58,944 nt of DNA. It comes from an uncultured Desulfococcus sp. (lineage in GTDB: Bacteria; Desulfobacterota; Desulfobacteria; Desulfobacterales; Desulfococcaceae). The DNA is taken from the NCBI GenBank assembly GCA_913060435.1, contig CAJXSB010000001.1, positions 1-58,944 on the forward strand, in the 5' to 3' direction. Shown piece after piece: positions 55,552 to 58,944 of this stretch. The translations under genes and the position numbers were made by a program. The notes beneath the pieces are model-generated. The model was not told where the DNA came from. It saw only the letters and a list, made by a program, of their open reading frames with translations, and ran no database searches. Within the stretch, counting starts at the first letter, position 1. Each line of letters opens with the position of its first letter.

Positions 55552-56185
55552 GCTGTTCTCGTATCACCTGGGTGGGTGGGCAGCGCGCTGGCGCCTTCCC
55601 GTGGATGTTGCGGGAGATGAACCGTCCATACGGTACGGACTTCCCGGTCGTAGAGCGGTTGAATGCGTGGTGCATCGAATGGGTAGACCGTCAACGCGCC
55701 GGCTTGCCGGCATCGTTATCGGAACCCTCACGTTCGTGCACTGGAGGTCACCTTGTTCCATCGGTTGGATGGAATCCGAAAACGGGGTATTTTCTGGAAG
55801 TCTATAGCATTGAACCGTCGGCGGCCAAAGGAAAATATTTGAAGCGGGTGTCGTTTGCCGAAGGCTGTGTTTCCAGGGATGGGTTCAGCAGTGCAAACGT
55901 TTAAATATGTATTTAGAACAATAGGATAAAAGGTTGTCGTCAAAAATCCTATAAAATAGTTCAAGATTTTAAACTTTATGGGAATTCAATACAACTAAAT
56001 GGAATTTAACTAAATTTCAGGTAAATGCAAGCATGTTTTTCGAATGGGGATATCAATGGGTCCACAGACATGAACGATCTGCAACCGGCTGTTCGATGAT
56101 TTTCTCGGAAGGCATTGGCTGGGTAAAAAAATAACCAATTTGAATAATTGGTAATAACAATTTTTACGGCAGCTGTTTCAATTTT

Positions 56186-56201
56186 TGGCAAGGCCCTTGC
56201 A
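56186..56201 (+). promoter_or_regulatory. Sigma-54 promoter (-24/-12), copy 1
   Basis: TGGC-AAGGCCC-TTGCA with canonical spacing. Confidence 0.75.
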
Positions 56202-56211
56202 TAATTGAATT

Positions 56212-56288
56212 GCAACCTAATAATTTTTTCATCTGTTCTCCTCCTTAACGGCTATTTGAACTCAGTTCATTTAGCCGTTTCCTTTTTT
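56212..56288 (+). ncRNA. Candidate sigma-54-dependent sRNA, copy 1
   Basis: Begins ~12 nt after the -12 element; U-rich 5' part, TTCTCCTCCTT, hairpin AACGGCTA...TAGCCGTT and a T-rich tail; no ORF. Confidence 0.65.
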
Positions 56289-56758
56289 GGGGCGTGCTTA
56301 TTCTGTAGCGCTCTGTTCACCAATGCTGATCGTCAGATATGTCACATATGCCACTCGCGTTGCGTTACATCTGTTCATCAGGGGGTTCTCTGTGCGGGAT
56401 GTTGGGCATCTTCCAGGGGCGCCATGGACCACTGACCATCGTTTTGAGGCTATCCGCCAAAGCGGTGTTTGCAAATACGAACAAAAAAATCACAATTAAA
56501 AACAAATGTCTAAATAGACATAGTTGAAAATCTCTAAACAATGTTCAATATTTTAAACACAATTGGATCGATTATAACAATCCTATATAATTGCTTAAAA
56601 TTAATTTTTCCCTGCGGCGGGGTACAGCAGCGTGAACCCAACCCTCCCCGTTGGCAGCCGCCATCAAGGCGGTGGGATGAGGATGGGGAACGTCGGAAAA
56701 AAATAGAGGACTGATATTTTTAACAAAAAATAGATCTATTGGCTGGGGGCGCAAGTTT

Positions 56759-56774
56759 TGGCAAGCCCCTTGCA
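56759..56774 (+). promoter_or_regulatory. Sigma-54 promoter, copy 2
   Basis: TGGC-AAGCCCC-TTGCA. Confidence 0.75.
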
Positions 56775-56784
56775 TTATCATTGT

Positions 56785-56859
56785 TCAACCTAATAATTTT
56801 TTCATCTGTTCTCCTCCTTAACGGCTAATTGAACTCGGTTCATTTAGCCGTTTCTTTTT
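56785..56859 (+). ncRNA. Candidate sigma-54-dependent sRNA, copy 2
   Basis: Near-identical to copy 1. Confidence 0.65.
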
Positions 56860-57320
56860 GGATCTGTTTGTTCTTGGATCTGTTTGTTCTACAGCGCTCT
56901 GTTCACGGACCCTGATCGCCGGACCGCTCACATATATTCACCGGGGAGTGTCCGCGCGGGATGCTCGGCATTTTCCAGGGACGCCATGGATCACTGACCA
57001 TCGCTTGGCGCCATCCGCCAAGGCGATGTTTGCAAATACGAACAAAAATATCATCATTATAAACAATCTGATAGATATTTATAGCCAAAAATCTCGAATT
57101 TAAGTTTAATATTTTAAACAGGTGTGAAGCCGTTATAACATTTCTATATGATTGCCTAAAACTGGTTTTTGCCCGCTGATGGGTACAGCAGCGTGAACCC
57201 AAGCCCCGCCGGACAGCCGCCATCGAGGCGGTGAGATGAGGGTGCGGAACGTCGCTAAAAAAAAATAGAAGATTGATATTTCAGCAAAAATAATGTTTTT
57301 TTGATAGAGGCTCCAAGTTT

Positions 57321-57336
57321 TGGCAAGCCCCTTGCA
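57321..57336 (+). promoter_or_regulatory. Sigma-54 promoter, copy 3
   Basis: TGGC-AAGCCCC-TTGCA. Confidence 0.75.
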
Positions 57337-57346
57337 TTATCTTTTC

Positions 57347-57420
57347 TCAACCTAATAATTTTTCATCTGTTCTCCTCCTTAACGGCTAATTGAACCCAGT
57401 TCATTTAGCCGTTTCCTTTT
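57347..57420 (+). ncRNA. Candidate sigma-54-dependent sRNA, copy 3
   Basis: Near-identical to copies 1 and 2; repeat similarity ends right after the T-tail. Confidence 0.65.
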
Positions 57421-57734
57421 GCTCCCGCATCGCTGCGGCGTCTGTTTCCCGGCCTGCAAGCGAACGTCGTCTTTTCCCACCCCCGATGGTTCCATGGGGT
57501 CATACCAATAATCATCTTGCAACATCCTGCAGCCTATTATATTGGTGAGTGGTCCCGCCGCGTCCCCCGATGCGTCGTCCGACGGATCGATGGATGCCTG
57601 CGGACCGACATCGAAGAATATTGGATTCCGCTTTCCTGTTTCGTCGCCCGATGGACGGCAGTGGCGCCGTGGGTGGATAACGGCGCTTTGCGAAGATCGA
57701 AAGTGGAGATCAACAGAGGACGGGTTGAAAGCAT

Positions 57735-58154
57735 ATGGGTACAGAAGAGCGCAACATCCTTCAGGCACATTCCATGACCTTTCTGGAAATGGCGTTTCGA
57801 ACCGACAAACAGGGGGTCATCGCGCATCCGGACGGACATGGGAAAAAGACCGGCGACTGTGGAGACAGCATCGAGATTTTCCTGGCCATCCAGGATGGAA
57901 AGATCGTGCAGTTTCGCTATCAGCTCGATGGGTGTTTGAACACCAATGCATGCTGCAACACCCTTGCCCTGATGGTGGAGGGCAGGGCGGTGGCGGAAGC
58001 CTGGGAGATCACCCCGGAAACGGTGGCGGCCTATCTCGAGACGCTGCCGCCGGACCATTACCACTGTGCAGAGCTGGCTGTCGGCACCCTCTATCTGGCG
58101 CTGATCAGCTATCAGGAGGTCCGCCGGGCGCCCTGGAAAAAGCTCTATCGGTAG
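57735..58154 (+). CDS. NifU/IscU N-terminal-like Fe-S scaffold family protein
   Basis: GDCGDSIEI, DGCLNTNAC and HCAELA; start uncertain. Confidence 0.8.
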   Translation: MGTEERNILQAHSMTFLEMAFRTDKQGVIAHPDGHGKKTGDCGDSIEIFLAIQDGKIVQFRYQLDGCLNTNACCNTLALMVEGRAVAEAWEITPETVAAYLETLPPDHYHCAELAVGTLYLALISYQEVRRAPWKKLYR

Positions 58155-58306
58155 TCCTGTCCGCCCGGTGCGGCACCGATTTGGTCTTGACACAAATGAG
58201 CATAATTGTTTATAGCTCTGTTCTTAAACAATAAATTCTTGCTGGACTGCTGCATCTGGTCGGAGCGCATTACTGCGCATTCATTTTGCGGTGATTGAGG
58301 GGGGGT

Positions 58307-58849
58307 ATGGGCTTCAAAACGGAGTTGGCGGAAAGAAAAACGTCCATTGTCAAGAAATGGTTCGATAAGGTCGTCGATACTTATCCTGCCGATACCTCCC
58401 GGTTTCTCAAGCGCCAGAAAGATCCCTTCAGCAATCCTGTCGGCAGCACCACCATCGAGGGGCTCACCAAAATATTTGAAGAGCTCCTGAAGGATGCCCC
58501 CGACAGCGACAGCCTCCAGGCCGCCGCGGATCCCATTGTCCGCATCAGGGCGGTTCAAACCATGTTTTCTCCCTCCCAGGCCGTCGGCTTTCCGTATTTC
58601 CTGAAAACCATCATCAGAGAAGAGTTCGAGCGCCAGTTGAAAGAGATCGCTCCGCTCCGGGAGCTGATGGCCTTCGAGCTGGAAATCGACAAGCTCAGCC
58701 TGGTGACGTTCAACATATACATGAAATGCAGGGAGACGGTCCTCAAGCTGAGAACCAATCTGGAGAAAGAACGGCTGTACAAAGCCTTTTCGAGAGCGGG
58801 TTTGATACAGGAGATCCCGGAGGACGGCCCGGATCTTGAGGAAAAATAA
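58307..58849 (+). CDS. RsbRD N-terminal domain protein
   Basis: KWF..VDTYP...KDPFSNPVG, IVRIRAVQ..SPSQAV and YMKCRE; this family typically precedes dsrMKJOP in sulfate reducers. Confidence 0.85.
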   Translation: MGFKTELAERKTSIVKKWFDKVVDTYPADTSRFLKRQKDPFSNPVGSTTIEGLTKIFEELLKDAPDSDSLQAAADPIVRIRAVQTMFSPSQAVGFPYFLKTIIREEFERQLKEIAPLRELMAFELEIDKLSLVTFNIYMKCRETVLKLRTNLEKERLYKAFSRAGLIQEIPEDGPDLEEK

Positions 58850-58914
58850 TATTAATCATCATGAAGAGGCTCCGGGGATCCGTCCCCCAGGGGCAGTGGA
58901 GTGAGGAAGGTTGT

Positions 58915-58944
58915 ATGAACATTAAGTACATGTTTTCCCTCTTG
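58915..58944 (+). CDS. Start of a membrane protein, probably DsrM (truncated by window end)
   Basis: RBS GAGGAAGG, then MNIKYMFSLL; identity inferred from synteny only. Confidence 0.4.
   Translation, partial: MNIKYMFSLL

Larger units (their letters stand above)
56186..57420 (+). repeat. Tandem direct repeat, period ~570 bp (two full units plus a third core)
   Basis: The TGGCAAG...TTGCA block recurs at 56186, 56759 and 57321 (spacing 573 and 562). Spacer blocks such as GGGTACAGCAGCGTGAACCCA also recur. Confidence 0.95.

Noticed and set aside
56195-56246. Minus-strand micro-ORF after AAGGAGGAG (ATG AAA AAA TTA TTA GGT ...) in each repeat, as a type I toxin or leader peptide
   Set aside because: Copies 2 and 3 stop after six codons (MKKLLG*) while copy 1 continues differently, and promoter and terminator polarity favour a plus-strand RNA. 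Not fully excluded.
56186-57420. Repeats as a CRISPR array or mobile element
   Set aside because: The period is ~570 bp with homologous spacers, and there are no cas or transposase genes or terminal inverted repeats.

Overview
GC-rich region, most likely from a sulfate-reducing Desulfobacterota (deltaproteobacterial) genome; the window ends at an RsbRD-N gene and a probable dsrM start. It is mostly a trace-metal and cofactor acquisition region. Contents: a selenocysteine-containing selD (in-frame TGA missed by the ORF track) with yedF; a Ni/Co ECF transporter with a His-rich tail; three TonB-dependent receptors; two FecCD/Btu-type ABC systems; cbiK and cobA(btuR); a TtpC-type TonB system; modABC with a divergent regulator; a BtuF-CbiZ fusion; four cobalamin riboswitches; a decayed feoAB; and a nitrogenase-like NifH-NifD fusion plus a NifK-like gene. 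Two non-coding patterns stand out. (1) A recurrent leader element (5' hairpin with an AGAA/UGAA loop, then a GCC-ANGAA-GGC hairpin overlapping the 5' arm of an intrinsic terminator) occurs in five full copies and one partial copy, upstream of five operons, four for metal/cofactor uptake and one for DUF3842-cooT. It looks like a transcription-attenuation regulon I cannot match to a known family. (2) A tandem array of three near-identical ~75-nt units, each behind a sigma-54 promoter and carrying an anti-Shine-Dalgarno motif, looks like a set of small RNAs. All calls come from reading the sequence and recognising motifs; no searches or folding programs were run.
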